A DNA stretch of 64,000 nucleotides from contig NC_058368.1 in NCBI RefSeq assembly GCF_018350175.1, positions 97,032,001-97,096,000 on the forward strand, given 5' to 3'. The notes under the pieces were generated by a model. The model saw nothing but the letters and a program-made list of their open reading frames with translations, did not search any database and was not told the origin of the DNA. Positions 49,022 through 60,891 of the stretch are shown piece by piece (the stretch's first letter is position 1; every line of letters begins with the position of its first letter). The translations under genes and the position numbers were made by a program. Source of the DNA: Felis catus. Its lineage: Eukaryota.

Positions 49022-50439
49022 AAAAGGCCATCTCATTAAAAAAAAAATACAATTATTTTTCTTGCCTTCTTAGAATTCATAGTGTTACAGAATTCATACT
49101 TTTACAATGTTTTAAATGCATATTAATTATTGAAAAAAATTATTTCTACATAAAATAATAAATTGCTGTGGGTGGTTTTGCAAACCCTTTAAGTCTTCCA
49201 CTTCTCCTAAAAGAAAAGTTAGAAGTGAAATTATTTCCCAATGCATATTTATCACAGAAAGTTTTATGCTTAAATGATATAATCCAGTACCTAGAGTCAT
49301 TACTTTGAGAAAAATATTGATTTTAACTGTAAATGCTTAGCATTAGAAGCATTAATAAGGGTTTAAACTTATTCACTTAACTCTGTCATGATCTGATTAA
49401 CCACAGCTTTAGAAACATACTTAATTGTATGTATTCTAATATATTCATGACACCTAATTCTCCTATTAGACCTAAAGACATGTCCATAAGCAAAAATGTC
49501 GGTCAACTTGGACAGGCATAGGCTACCTCCCATGGACATTTGCTACCAGCGAGTTGTCCAAATAAGGTCTGCCCAGGGTTCACAGTCCAAACAAGTGTAT
49601 GTGCATCAAGTAGCAATGTCACTTGGGTCTCTCACTTTTGCAGATGCCAACTGGACCCACAGATGTCATGAATCCTAACCTGTGTGTGCCCCTTCTCCAG
49701 AATCTCTTCAGCCTCCATCCGCTCTATCATCACTAGCACTTAAACATGCCAGATGCACTTCACCTTCCTACCAGCAGGTGTGTAGCTCAATGAGGTAGAA
49801 CTCTCCGATCACTGAGGACTCAAGGCTCTTCTCCCTAACAGCCCCAAACCCCAAAACCCTCCTGTCCTCACCTGCTTTCCCTCTGCTCAGATGCTCACAA
49901 TTTCTACGTGTATCACTGGAAAGGCCACCTAGCCTCCCTGACTCCAGTACTACCCCAGTTGACACATGTACAGAGTGATAACCCTTTTCAGTGAAAACAT
50001 TATGAAACTAACACCTGCACAGTTTTGAAAAAGAAAGAAAAACTTCCGCATTATGGAAAATATATAAGGAAAAGTGAGTCTCCAACTTGCCACATCCCAC
50101 AACCCACTTCCTAAAGGATATTTTTTCTGTATCCCTCCCCTATATGTTTTCTTTCTCTTTTAGCATACCTGCAGACCAGTGTTTGAGTTCGCCTTTCTGG
50201 TCTTAACCACACCTACCAGGGATGGGAGGGTTGATCTGATGAGGGAATGTCTGACAGCCAGGATGGCTATTCCTTCAGAATGAACCAAGGGTGCCAATCG
50301 TCACTGTTCAACATCTTACAGATTTCATGTCACGCATGGGACATTTTCAAATGACAAGAATCACCTTTTTCCATAGGAAGCAATCTCTCAGCTGTAACAA
50401 GGGATCATGTGAACGTGAGAGGCTTTTTCCTAGAGAGGC

Positions 50440-50700
50440 GATATTCACAGTAGTTAGGTACGCAGTCTCTGTAGCCAGACAACTAAGGTTTGAGTCCTGG
50501 CTATATCACTCATGTGCTGTGTGATCTTCAACAAGTCACTTAACCTCTCTGTGCCTTGGTTTCTTGTTTATAAAATAGGAATGATACCAATATTATCTAT
50601 TTCATAGAGCTGACATGATGACTTAATGAGTTAATATTTGTACTGTGCTCGTAATAGTGCCTGGTACATACTAAGTATTATTCAAATGCCTATTAAGTAA
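50440..50700 (+). mobile_element. MIR (near full length)
   Basis: GCCAGAC..CT.AGGTTTGAGTCCTGGCT...GCTGTGTGATCTT..ACAAGTCACTTAACCTCTCTGTGCCT..GTTTC...TAAAATAGG...AGTGCCTGGTACATA.TAAGT. Confidence 0.85.
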
Positions 50701-51586
50701 AATTTAAAATAGTCCATGACACTAATTATATAAACACATATCCTGACTCAGTGTGTTTCCCACTCAGCTTTACTTCCAGTTCCTCCTCCACATCCTATCT
50801 TTGTCAGTAGTGAAACTACATGCAGAAATCACAACTTACTAAGTTAATCATTTCATTTCATGAGTAGAATTTCAGTTTAAATCTTTTGTATTTGGATTTC
50901 AAATTAAGTGCATGATCAAGCATTAATGGTGTGATGATGGTTAACTTTAAAATCGGTAATATTCTTACAAAGAAACTTTCATTCCTTTTGAGGCCGTGAG
51001 AAATTATTTATTATGTATTAAATTTTTGCTCTGCAAAGCAATAGCAGATTGATGAGCTGTTGGGGCCTGAATTATTCTCGAGGTTGAAAGATGCCTTTTG
51101 GTTGTATTAATCACCTAGTCCAGAACTAGAGTAGACACGGGAGAGTGCTGCTTCTGCACAGCCCAACCCAGCCCATACCGGCTTGCACTGGGTGAAAGTA
51201 GGTTCCTGTCCCTGCAGGGCTGGGTAAACCAAAGGATCCCTATCCACCCTGTCCTCACCCATCCTGCAGAGTCCATCAAGGTCCCTTGATTGTAAGAGTA
51301 TGAATCAAATAGTAGATTGAAGTTTAAAATGTCATTTTAAGCCAAATAAAAGCCCACTTCTCATCCTGAAAAATCCTTGTATAATGAATGCCCCTCTCAG
51401 GAACACAGCGCCACACCACTGACCTCACTGGGCTCTCATTCTTTCTCTTCCTCCCCATCTCCTCCTCCATCGGACTATCTCATATGGTCGCATGTAAGGA
51501 GAAACTGCCAGCACCCCTCACACCTTTAAGTAAATGACTATTTCAAGAAAAGTATTAAATGCTGGCTTTAAAAACTGAAGCACGGA

Positions 51587-51770
51587 GGGGTGCCTGGGTG
51601 GCTCAGTTGGTTAAGCGTCCAACTTTGGCTCATGTCTTGACCTCATGGTTCGTGAGCTCAAGCCCCACATCAGGCTCTGGGCTGACAGCGTGGAGTCTGC
51701 TTGGGATTCTGTCTCTCTGCCCCTCCCCTGCTCTTGCTCTCTCTCTCTCTCTCTTTCAAAATATATAACC
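51587..51770 (+). mobile_element. CAN-SINE
   Basis: Canonical head and (CT)n region. Confidence 0.95.
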
Positions 51771-52014
51771 TTAAAACAGTTGACGCATGGATACTTTCTG
51801 ACTGGTAATTAACAATTTTTACAGAGAGATGACACTCATTTTCATTTATGTAGCACTAAACTAGACTCTGAGAATACAGGAATGGAGTCTATGTCGTGCT
51901 AGGAGAGACAGACAAAACACATTATCAGACATTAAATAAAATGTGCCCAGTTATGATGAAATTAAATGATGGCATCCAATGAAAGTCTAGAGCAAAACAG
52001 AAGAGAATGTATTG

Positions 52015-52408
52015 GGGTTTTCAACCTTGGCCAGCACATTAGAATCTCCCCAGGAGCTCTTAAGCCTCCCAGTCACACCTCAGATGAGCTAAAGAATGTC
52101 TTGGAGGTAGGATCGGGTACCAATTTTTCAAGTTCCCCCAAATGACTCTAAAGCATAGCTAAGGGCGCCTGGGTGGCTCAGACGGTTAAGCGTCCGACTT
52201 CGGCTCAGGTCATGATCTCACAGCTCGTGAGTTCGAGCCCCGCGTTGGGCTCTGTGCTGACAGCTCAGAGCCTGGAGCCTGCTTCACATTCTGTGTCTCC
52301 CTCTCTCTCTGCCCCTTCCCTGCTCATGCTGTGTCTCTCTCTGTCTCAAAAATAAATGAACATTAAAAAAAAAATTAAAGCATAGCTGAAATTGGGAAGC
52401 AATTGCTT
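52015..52408. mobile_element. MER5-like hAT remnant split by a SINE
   Basis: TTTCAACCTTGGC..CACATTAGAATC.CC...GAGCT.TTAA...TCCCC.AATGACTCTAA...GGGAAGCAATTG. Confidence 0.65.
52162..52375 (+). mobile_element. Felid CAN-SINE
   Basis: TSD TAAAGCATAGCT at 52149-52160 and 52376-52387. Confidence 0.97.
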
Positions 52409-53203
52409 TACTCTTCCATAAAAAAAAAAAAACAAAAAAACAAACAAACCTATAGAGCTACAAACACCTAAAAGCAATTTGGTTCCTCTTTGATTAAATT
52501 TAAATTATTGTTATTACTACTTGTATGACCTTAATCGAGCACTTCAATTTCCTCATTTGTAAAATGGGTATAATATCATCTCTCTGTGGCAACTGTATTA
52601 TTAAATAAGATCACGCATGTCAAATGCTAACCACAGTAACCTCCTCCTAGAGATTGTCCCATAAATGTCAGCCGCCCATACGATCAGTCGCTGCTGCTAC
52701 CTTCGTCATTTTTACTGTTATGGCCACTTGCTCTGTTGCTGAGGGCTGGAATCCCCCTAGAGCCTCGAGCTGTCCACTGCACAAACTCAGCACCGGTGCT
52801 CTGGGAGGATTTTCTCTAACAACCTGCAAAGATTTACCTTCACATTTCTCCCGGTTCCTCGTACCTCCCTTGCACTGTTTTTCTTTTTTTCTGTTCCACA
52901 CACTTCCTTCTTGCCTTGAAGAAGAAAAATTACCAATCTCTGCACCAAAGAGACAGGAGAGTAGAAGGTTTCCCTGGGTCAGTGAGACACTGCAGGAACA
53001 GCCCTGTCCCTGCCCTTATCGCTTCCAGATCGTCTGGCAGCTACCTTTCCCAGTTCTTTCTAGGATTCACTTCCCCACTGAAAGCCCAACACCAGTGAGT
53101 TTATCTCTTTTTGCATAAGGTGAACAAGCTTCTACTTTTCCTTCCTGACCTCTGATGCAAATGCAGGGGGAAAAAAATGTGTTTTTTTCCCAAACATGCA
53201 ATT

Positions 53204-53415
53204 CTTTTTTTAAGTTTATTTATTTATTGTTGAGAGAGAGAGAGAGCACAAACCGGGGAGGGGCAGAGAGAAAGAGGGAGACACAGAATCCCAAGCAGGC
53301 TTCAGGCTCTGAGCTGTCAGCACAGAGCCCAACATGGGGCTCAAACCCACAAACCGTGAGATTGTGACCTGAGCTGAAGTCGGACACTTAACCAACTGAG
53401 CCACCCAGGTGCACC
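53204..53415 (-). mobile_element. CAN-SINE
   Basis: TSD AAACATGCAATT on both sides. Confidence 0.96.
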
Positions 53416-53449
53416 TAAACATGCAATTTTGATACATGTGCATATACAT

Positions 53450-54550
53450 ACACAAACGTATAAATATATAATAAATTTATATATTTACATAAGTATATGT
53501 ATATCTTTGTATATGTATAATTATATATCATTATATATAATATATATATTTACATATATATATAAAATGGCACACACTATATATATATTTATATATATTT
53601 ATGTTATATATATATAATGGCACACACTATTTATATATATTTATATATTTATGTTTTATACATATATAAAATGGCATGCTCTATTTATATACATATTTAT
53701 GTTTTATATATATATAGAAAATGGCACGCACTATATATATATATTTTTTTATATATATTTATGTTACATATATATATAAAATGGCACACACTATTTATAT
53801 ATATATTTATATATATATGTTTTATATATATATAAAATGGCATGCACTATTTATATATGTATTTACATATATATTTATATTATATATATATAAAATGGCA
53901 CACACTATATATATTTATATATGTTTATGTTATATGTATATATTTAAAATGGCACACACTATTTACATATATATATTTATATATACATTTATGTTATATA
54001 TATATATAAAATGGCATACACTATTTATATATATTTATATATATTTATGATATATAAATAAAATGGCACACACTATTTATATATATATTTATATATACGT
54101 TTATGTTATATATATAAAATGGCATACACTATTTATATATATATTTATATATATTTATGTTTTATATATATAAAATGGCATACGCTATTTATATATATAT
54201 TTATATATTTATGTTTTATATATATTTATATATATTTATATTATATATATAAAATGGCACACACTATATATATTTATATAAATTTATGTTATATGTATAT
54301 ATATAAAATGGCATGCACTATTTATATATATATTTATATATACATTTATGTTATATACATATATAAAATGGCATACACTATTTATATATATTTATGTTTT
54401 ATATATATAAAATGGCACACACTATTTATATATATATTTATATATATTTATGTTTTATATATATACAATGGCACACACTATTTATATATATATTTATATA
54501 TATATTTATGTTTTATATATATATATATATATAATGGCACGCAGTATTTG
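53450..54550. repeat. AT-rich compound minisatellite (18 units, ~45-80 bp each)
   Basis: Core (A)AAATGGCAYRCACTAT recurs at 53567, 53617, 53671 ... 54534, separated by degenerate (TA)n/TTTATG spacers. Confidence 0.97.
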
Positions 54551-55637
54551 CACACAACTTCCAAATTACTCATCCTTGAAATGAAGATAATGTCTACAAT
54601 CATCAGACCTTTATTTAAAACCTATTGGCACTCATAGTAGACATATAATACCACCACACCCCAAAATCGATCTGTGTGACTAGAGTAATGAGGGCACGCT
54701 TATCTTTGGTGATATCAGATATAAGAAAATGATGCTCCTAAAACTGAGGTAGGCAGACACACACTGACGCTTACCACGGTGTAGTTGTGCAGAGCCGCTT
54801 TTGTGTGATAGAATTAGTTGTATGTCTGAAAACTCTCAGGCATGTGTTCAGAATCCTCGCCAGCATTACTCAGAATGAATTACAGCCAGCAGCCACCTAT
54901 GTGATAGATTATTAATATTCATTTTCATTTCAAATCACTTCTGCCGGCTTCGCATAGAAGGGCTGAGATCCACTGTGGTTAGCGGAGTGGAGGAAGCAAA
55001 TAACCAGTATGTCAAATTGATGTACTGCCAGTAGTAAGCACACAGTCCCCACCACAACTGTGAGAGCCCAACCTTGGATGCCTAGCAGACAATTATGCAG
55101 CATCTATTACTAAATCATGAGAGAGGAGAGCACACCAGTGCTTTCAAATTTGTGACGATGACCCAAAAAATATGATACAACTACACTGGTGGATGTCAAC
55201 TTACATAATATCCACAAAATAGCACTGACCACTTGCAGGCAGCTGGGACAGTCATATGGGCCACTGAATTCAGAATATGCAGATTCACAAGAGTTTTTCT
55301 TCTTCTTCCTCTTCCTCCTCTTCCTCCTCTCTCCTCCTTCTTCTTCTTTATCTATCTACAACCCAGAACTACTCCCCTGCGATTAAGAATAGGCTGAGAG
55401 CATGCTGATCCAGAACTCTGACTCCAAAGGTATGACCTTTCATTCAACTGCCTGATGTAGACTGGCTTGGAAACATCAGAGGAACTGGTAACCAAAACCT
55501 TTACTTCAGTTCAAAAATACAAGATGGCCAAAAGCAAAACAAGCAAAGGAAAACCAAATACAGTGACAGCATAAGAATATCTTCCAGACCTCAAAATATC
55601 GCCGACTGCAGTTGAGAAAGAAAGTGTGGCTCTTGCA

Positions 55638-55773
55638 GAGGTGCCTGGATGGCTCGGTCAGTTAAGCGTCCGACTTCGGCTCAGGTCACGATCTCGCGGA
55701 TCATGGGTTTAAAAGCCCCGTGTCCAGCTCTGTGCTGACAGCTCGGAGCCTGAGGCCTGCTTTGGATTCTGTG

Positions 55774-55817
<44 letters not shown>

Positions 55818-55884
55818 CTTCCCTTGTTCTGTCTCCCTCTCTTTCGAAAATAAATAAACATTAACAAAAAATTTTTTTTTAATT
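55638..55884 (+). mobile_element. CAN-SINE
   Basis: TSD TGGCTCTTGCA / TGGCTCTCGCA. Confidence 0.95.
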
Positions 55885-56998
55885 TGGCTCTCGCATTCAC
55901 CACTTAAGTATCTATCCCAAATCAAAAGCCAAGTACGGCATTCTATACTCCACCAATTTTCAGTTTTCTTCTTTAAATGATCATAAAATAAACAATCTAT
56001 CTTGAAAACCAACATGATAAGTATAACAGCTGCTGGAGGAAAGCCACCAAGTGGTTAGTACATATACCAGCGAGGGAAAATGCAGCATAGTTAAGACACC
56101 CATTTCCGGATATTCTTTAGCCTCACTGATTTCGGTTGTTTGGAGCATGCACTCTGACAAAGAATAGTTGCCTCTGGGCACATATTACACAGTGAAATAG
56201 AAAGAGACAGTACCTGACAAAAGAATTTATAATCCTCAGGAAGGAGATAAACATCCCATACCCACACCTTATTAGTATGCATAAAGTGTACAATCTAATT
56301 GTGTAAAAAGGATTTCATATTCTCGGGACTGATGTTCCAATGAGTACGCATCAGTGAGCACATATAGGGGAACTTGGTTATTCAAGAAAAATATTCTGTA
56401 ACTTTCCACTAAAATCCATGGTTTACAAATTATCAGCAGGAAAGGCACTACATGCCAGGGATTGAGTAAATATTCTAGCTGATCTTGACCTCAGGTGTCA
56501 GAGTTCACCAAGGACAAGTCATAATCCTTGAGAAATTGTGCTGATAGCCGGCTTGCATTGCTTTAAAATGGAATGCCCTCAAGGAAATATCTTGGGTGCG
56601 TATCCTGGGTCCAAACACGTGGTGCTTCAGAATCCCCTAAGCATGAGATTCTCTCCCTTTGGTTTCAGAGAGAATGTGTGGTGCAGAGTTCCAAAATATT
56701 CTTTGGGAATCCAGTAGTGGTACCATTAAAATATCTCAGAGAAATAAGCAAATCAGGGGAGAACAAGTAGTTCTACTAAATACATTTCAGTGCACAACTC
56801 CAGGGTCACTCTTTCCAAGGAGCTGGGAGTGCTGTCCACAGGTCACCAGGTAAATCCTGCTTGAGGGACTGAACAGTGGAGACTTAGGTCCCCTACCTAA
56901 GCTCCATTTTATCTGCAAGATTTCATGAAAGTCTGAGAACACTGGCCTAGGTTACTTTGACAGAAATCCAAATGCCCTAAAAAACTGTGTTTCCTCCA

Positions 56999-57208
56999 AG
57001 CACAAGGGTGGCTCAGTCGATTAAGCATCGGTCCCCTGGTTTCTGCTCAAGTCATGATCTCAGGATGGTGAGATCAAGCTCTGCACTGGGTTGCTGGGTG
57101 TGCTGTGGAGCCTGCTGTGGAGAGATTCTCTCTCTCCCTCTGCCCCCTCCCGCTTACTCATGTGCTCATTGTCTCTCTAAAATTTAAAAAAAAAAAAATC
57201 TTGAAAAG
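56999..57208 (+). mobile_element. Older CAN-SINE
   Basis: GGGTGGCTCAGTCGATTAAGC head; TSD AAAAACTGTGTT. Confidence 0.9.
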
Positions 57209-57615
57209 AAAAACTGTGTTCAGTTGTGGATTTTGGTACTTGTTCAGGAAAAGTAAAGACAAAAAGTAAAAACCTATACTGTGCACAGATACAAGTCTCA
57301 CACCATGACAAAGGCTGGACGCTTGAAACGTACATCACTGCAACTAACCATCTTATCTACCAACCCGATGCTGTGGTTGCTAGTATCCCAAGTTGGCAAA
57401 TCTCAGCAAAAGCTGAGATCCAGAGAGGTGAAGGGGCTCCCTGAGGAAGAGCAAGCCAGGAAGTGGAAGGGCTTATGTAGGATGGACTCTAAGGCCAAGA
57501 TCTGTGCACCTGCAACTACATCTTGTGTTCCAAGACGCAGGACTGATGACAACAAGGAGCTCTCCCAGAGCACTGCACGATGGCATGCTGCTGAGATGAA
57601 AATGCTATCATTTGT

Positions 57616-57846
57616 AGGGCTCCTGGGTGCCTCGCTGGATTAAGCATTTGACTCTTGGTTTCGGCTCAGGTCATGATCTCACGGTTCATGAGTTTGAGCC
57701 CCGCGTAGGGCTCCGTGCTGACAGTGAGGAGCCTGCTTGGGGTTCTCCCTCTCTCTCACTTACTCTGCCCCTCCCCGACTCATGCTCTTTCTCTCTCTCT
57801 CAAAATAAATAAATAAATTTTTTTAAATAAAATAAGAAAATTAAAT
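57616..57846 (+). mobile_element. CAN-SINE
   Basis: TSD AAAATGCTATCATTTG / AAAATGATATCATTTG. Confidence 0.94.
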
Positions 57847-58416
57847 AAAATGATATCATTTGGACTTAAATTATATACTGTCTTATTCCAGATTCTACTA
57901 CAAACAGCAGCAGAAGCCAAAGATTTGACACCTTTTTCCCCATTAACTTGTCTTTCAATAGATTGTTGAATAATAGACTGTTCTCCATGATTGTTTTAGC
58001 GAAGAGAACGCTTCTATTCAGGAGAATAACTCGGAGAATTTCAGATGAATCTGCAAGCAGCCCCAGTGTGGTTCCTTCCCCAGAGCCACACAAAGCTGCC
58101 ATTTCCTCCTTCTACCGGATTGGCGTTCCTTCCTCTCTACAAACCTTCAATTCTAGAACACTGCCTCACTGTAGAGGGGCAGGTACAAGGCCCAGAGAGC
58201 CAAAGGGTGTGTGCCTTTTTTCCATTTTAAGTGCAGGCTCCAGAGTAACATAGTAGAGTTCCACACTCAGAATTTTTCACGCAGTAATTTTGTGACATCA
58301 CTGTTTTCCTATTTTGTGTTTGAGATGATTCTGAATCTACTCTGTGCAATTTTCCTACTCCCCCTTGACCCTGCAATCACGATGGTGCCCTCAAGTGCCG
58401 TCAAAAGTAGGGATAA

Positions 58417-58632
58417 GGGGCGCCTGGGTGGCTCAGTCGGTTGGGCAACCGACTTCGGCTCAGGTCATGATCTCGCAGTCCGTGAGTTCGAGCCCTGGGT
58501 CGGGCTTTGTGCTGACAGCTCAGAGCCTGGAGCCTGTTTCAGATTCTGTATCTCCCTCTCTCTCTCTCTGACCTTCCCCCATTCATGTTCTGTCTCTGTC
58601 TCAAAAATGAATAAACATAAAAAAAATTTTTA
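58417..58632 (+). mobile_element. Felid CAN-SINE
   Basis: TSD AAAAGTAGGGATAA / AAAAGTAGGGACAA. Confidence 0.96.
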
Positions 58633-58893
58633 AAAAGTAGGGACAAAATGCAAGAACCACTTGACGCATGTTCAAGAGGCACCTTTTGAAGATAAAAAGT
58701 CTGCAGCTGTACCAAGTTTTAAGGCCTTTATGTTACTTCTTGCTGCTGTCTCTTGTCCTTCTTGTTCACTGCCATCCACTGGGGACTAGTCCTCTATTCC
58801 GTGACTGAGAAGCAAGAAAAAACAAAATGGAAATACATTGGGACAAAAGAGGAAGAAGAGAATAGAAGTGTTGTGCCCCCTTTGTGCACAGTA

Positions 58894-59950
58894 CAGTAAA
58901 ACCTTGGTTTGCGAGCATAATTCATTGTGGAAACGTGTTTGTAATCCAAAGCACTTTTATATCAGAGCGAATTTCCCATAAGAAATAATGGAAACTTAGA
59001 TGATTCATTCCACCACCCAAAAATATTCATATAAAAATGATTATATGTTATATAATACAAAATAATACAGAAAATACAAAACAGAAAGAAAAATAAATTA
59101 ACTTGCACTTGCCTTTGAAAACCTTTGTGGCTGGTATGAGGGAGACGAGAGAGGAGGGTTATTGTGTAGGACAATTTTCACGATCACAAATGGATGCTGA
59201 CTACGGTACAGTTTTAATGAACTCTTTTTTTATTTTTTTTTTAAAAATCTTTTTTTTCAACGTTTTTTATTTATTTTTGGGACAGAGAGAGACAGAGCAT
59301 GAGCGGGGGAGGGGCAGAGAGAGAGGGAGACACAGAACCAGAAACAGGCTCCAGGCTCTGAGCCAACAGCCCAGAGCCCGACGCGGGGCTCGAACCCACG
59401 GACCGTGAGATCGTGACCTGGCTGAAGTCGGACGCTTAACCGACTGCGCCACCCAGGCGCCCCAATGAACTCTTAATCATCCACTGTATTTAGTGTAACT
59501 GGCAATAAGGCGGCAGAGGAAAGGGTCCCTCTCTACAGGCAGCCTGACCCAGAATGAAGCAAAGCATTCCTAAGCTTGCTCTTGTGTGGAAAAGCAAAGG
59601 ACTGTCCATAGGTGCTTTGAAGTGACAAAAAAATACACTAGTGTCAGTCGTAGACACCTTCCAACGTTCTGAAAAATCACTCATTTCTGCCAAATACCGC
59701 GGCCTGAGACTGAGCACCAGAGCATGGGAGACAATCACCCACAAACCTACATCATGTACGTGTGTATGTGTGTGTGTGAGAGAGAGAGAGAGAAGAACCA
59801 TTGGTTCAATTGTATCGTGTGACCTTCGGCATCACGTACTACTCACATTGCAAGACATCACTCATTTATCAAGTTAAAATTTATTAGAAATGTTTGCTCA
59901 TCTTGTGGAACATTCACAGAACATGTGACTCGCAATCCAAGGTTTTACTG
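58894..59950. mobile_element. Non-autonomous Tc1/mariner-superfamily (Tigger/Tc2-like) DNA transposon
   Basis: 22-bp TIRs CAGTAAAACCTTGGTTTGCGAG (58894-58915) and CTCGCAATCCAAGGTTTTACTG (59929-59950), 21/22 match; TA duplication at 58892-58893 and 59951-59952. Confidence 0.92.
59227..59463 (-). mobile_element. Young felid SINE inserted in the DNA transposon
   Basis: TSD AATGAACTCTT at 59216-59226 and 59464-59474; CpGs retained. Confidence 0.97.
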
Positions 59951-60821
59951 TATCTAAAGTGGAGACAGAGAGAAACGTTAGTACCGAGTATTTGGGACAC
60001 AGCTAGTATTCGGTTGTTATCAAGGTAAATAAATGCATCCAGCATACCAGCATACACACACATAAGGCAAGAACCATTAAGGGAATTAGAATTTGGAGAA
60101 TACCTACCCTATGCTGAGCCCTAGATTTGTCTAAACAACTCAGTTCATGGTTACAAAACTATGAAACATTTTCTCTAGTACTCAAGGATCCTGAGAATCT
60201 ATTGAGCCCCCGACCTGACCCATTTATTTCTTCTCCAACCCTCTAGCAGCCAGACAGTGGGTTGGACTCACCCAAACGAGGTCTCAAATTACGAGTGGAT
60301 TCTGATTATCACTGTCACTCCTTTCTCCTACTTTCATAAATAATCGAGGTGACTCTACAGAGCCATTTTTTAAAAATAAATTGGCATACGTAACCACACA
60401 GCTGGCTCAGACTGTTACTCACCCCTGGTCACCCTGACTCGTGAAACTGATCGATGGTGGGCATGTAAAAGTCGCTGTATACCACTGTGACATTCTTAAA
60501 TGGTCACAAACTCAGGCTATGAAGGCACATCTAGCAATAAGGGGCATCTTCAACTAAAAGGTTAATTCTCTTAGCAGCTGAAAAGTCTGCCCTCTCGGGC
60601 ATATCTCAAAGCTGAGAACTTATCACATAAGGCACAATCTCATTGGGCATGCAGAGCAAATAACCTTGTTAAGAATGTAGAATGAAGAATGGCTATTCAA
60701 ACAGGGTCGTAGCAGGTGAACAAGGGAAGGGTAGAAGGCAGTCAAGTATGAGGCCGCCGTGGATGTAATTTAAGGCACTTTAATAATTTGGGCATGTCCA
60801 GTGTTAAGAGAGCGGTTTGCC

Positions 60822-60891
60822 TGGCACCAGGTAGGGGCTAACAAAAGCACCCAATGAGGAGACCTCCGTGCAAGGATGCCAAAAATCCACC
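60822..60891. repeat. Dispersed 70-bp duplicated element, copy A
   Basis: 65/70 identical to 63116-63185. Confidence 0.95.

Noticed and set aside
57866..58253. Overlapping protein-like ORFs on both strands (also 52654-53118 and 36540-36834)
   Set aside because: No recognisable domain and no convincing splice sites; consistent with random ORFs.
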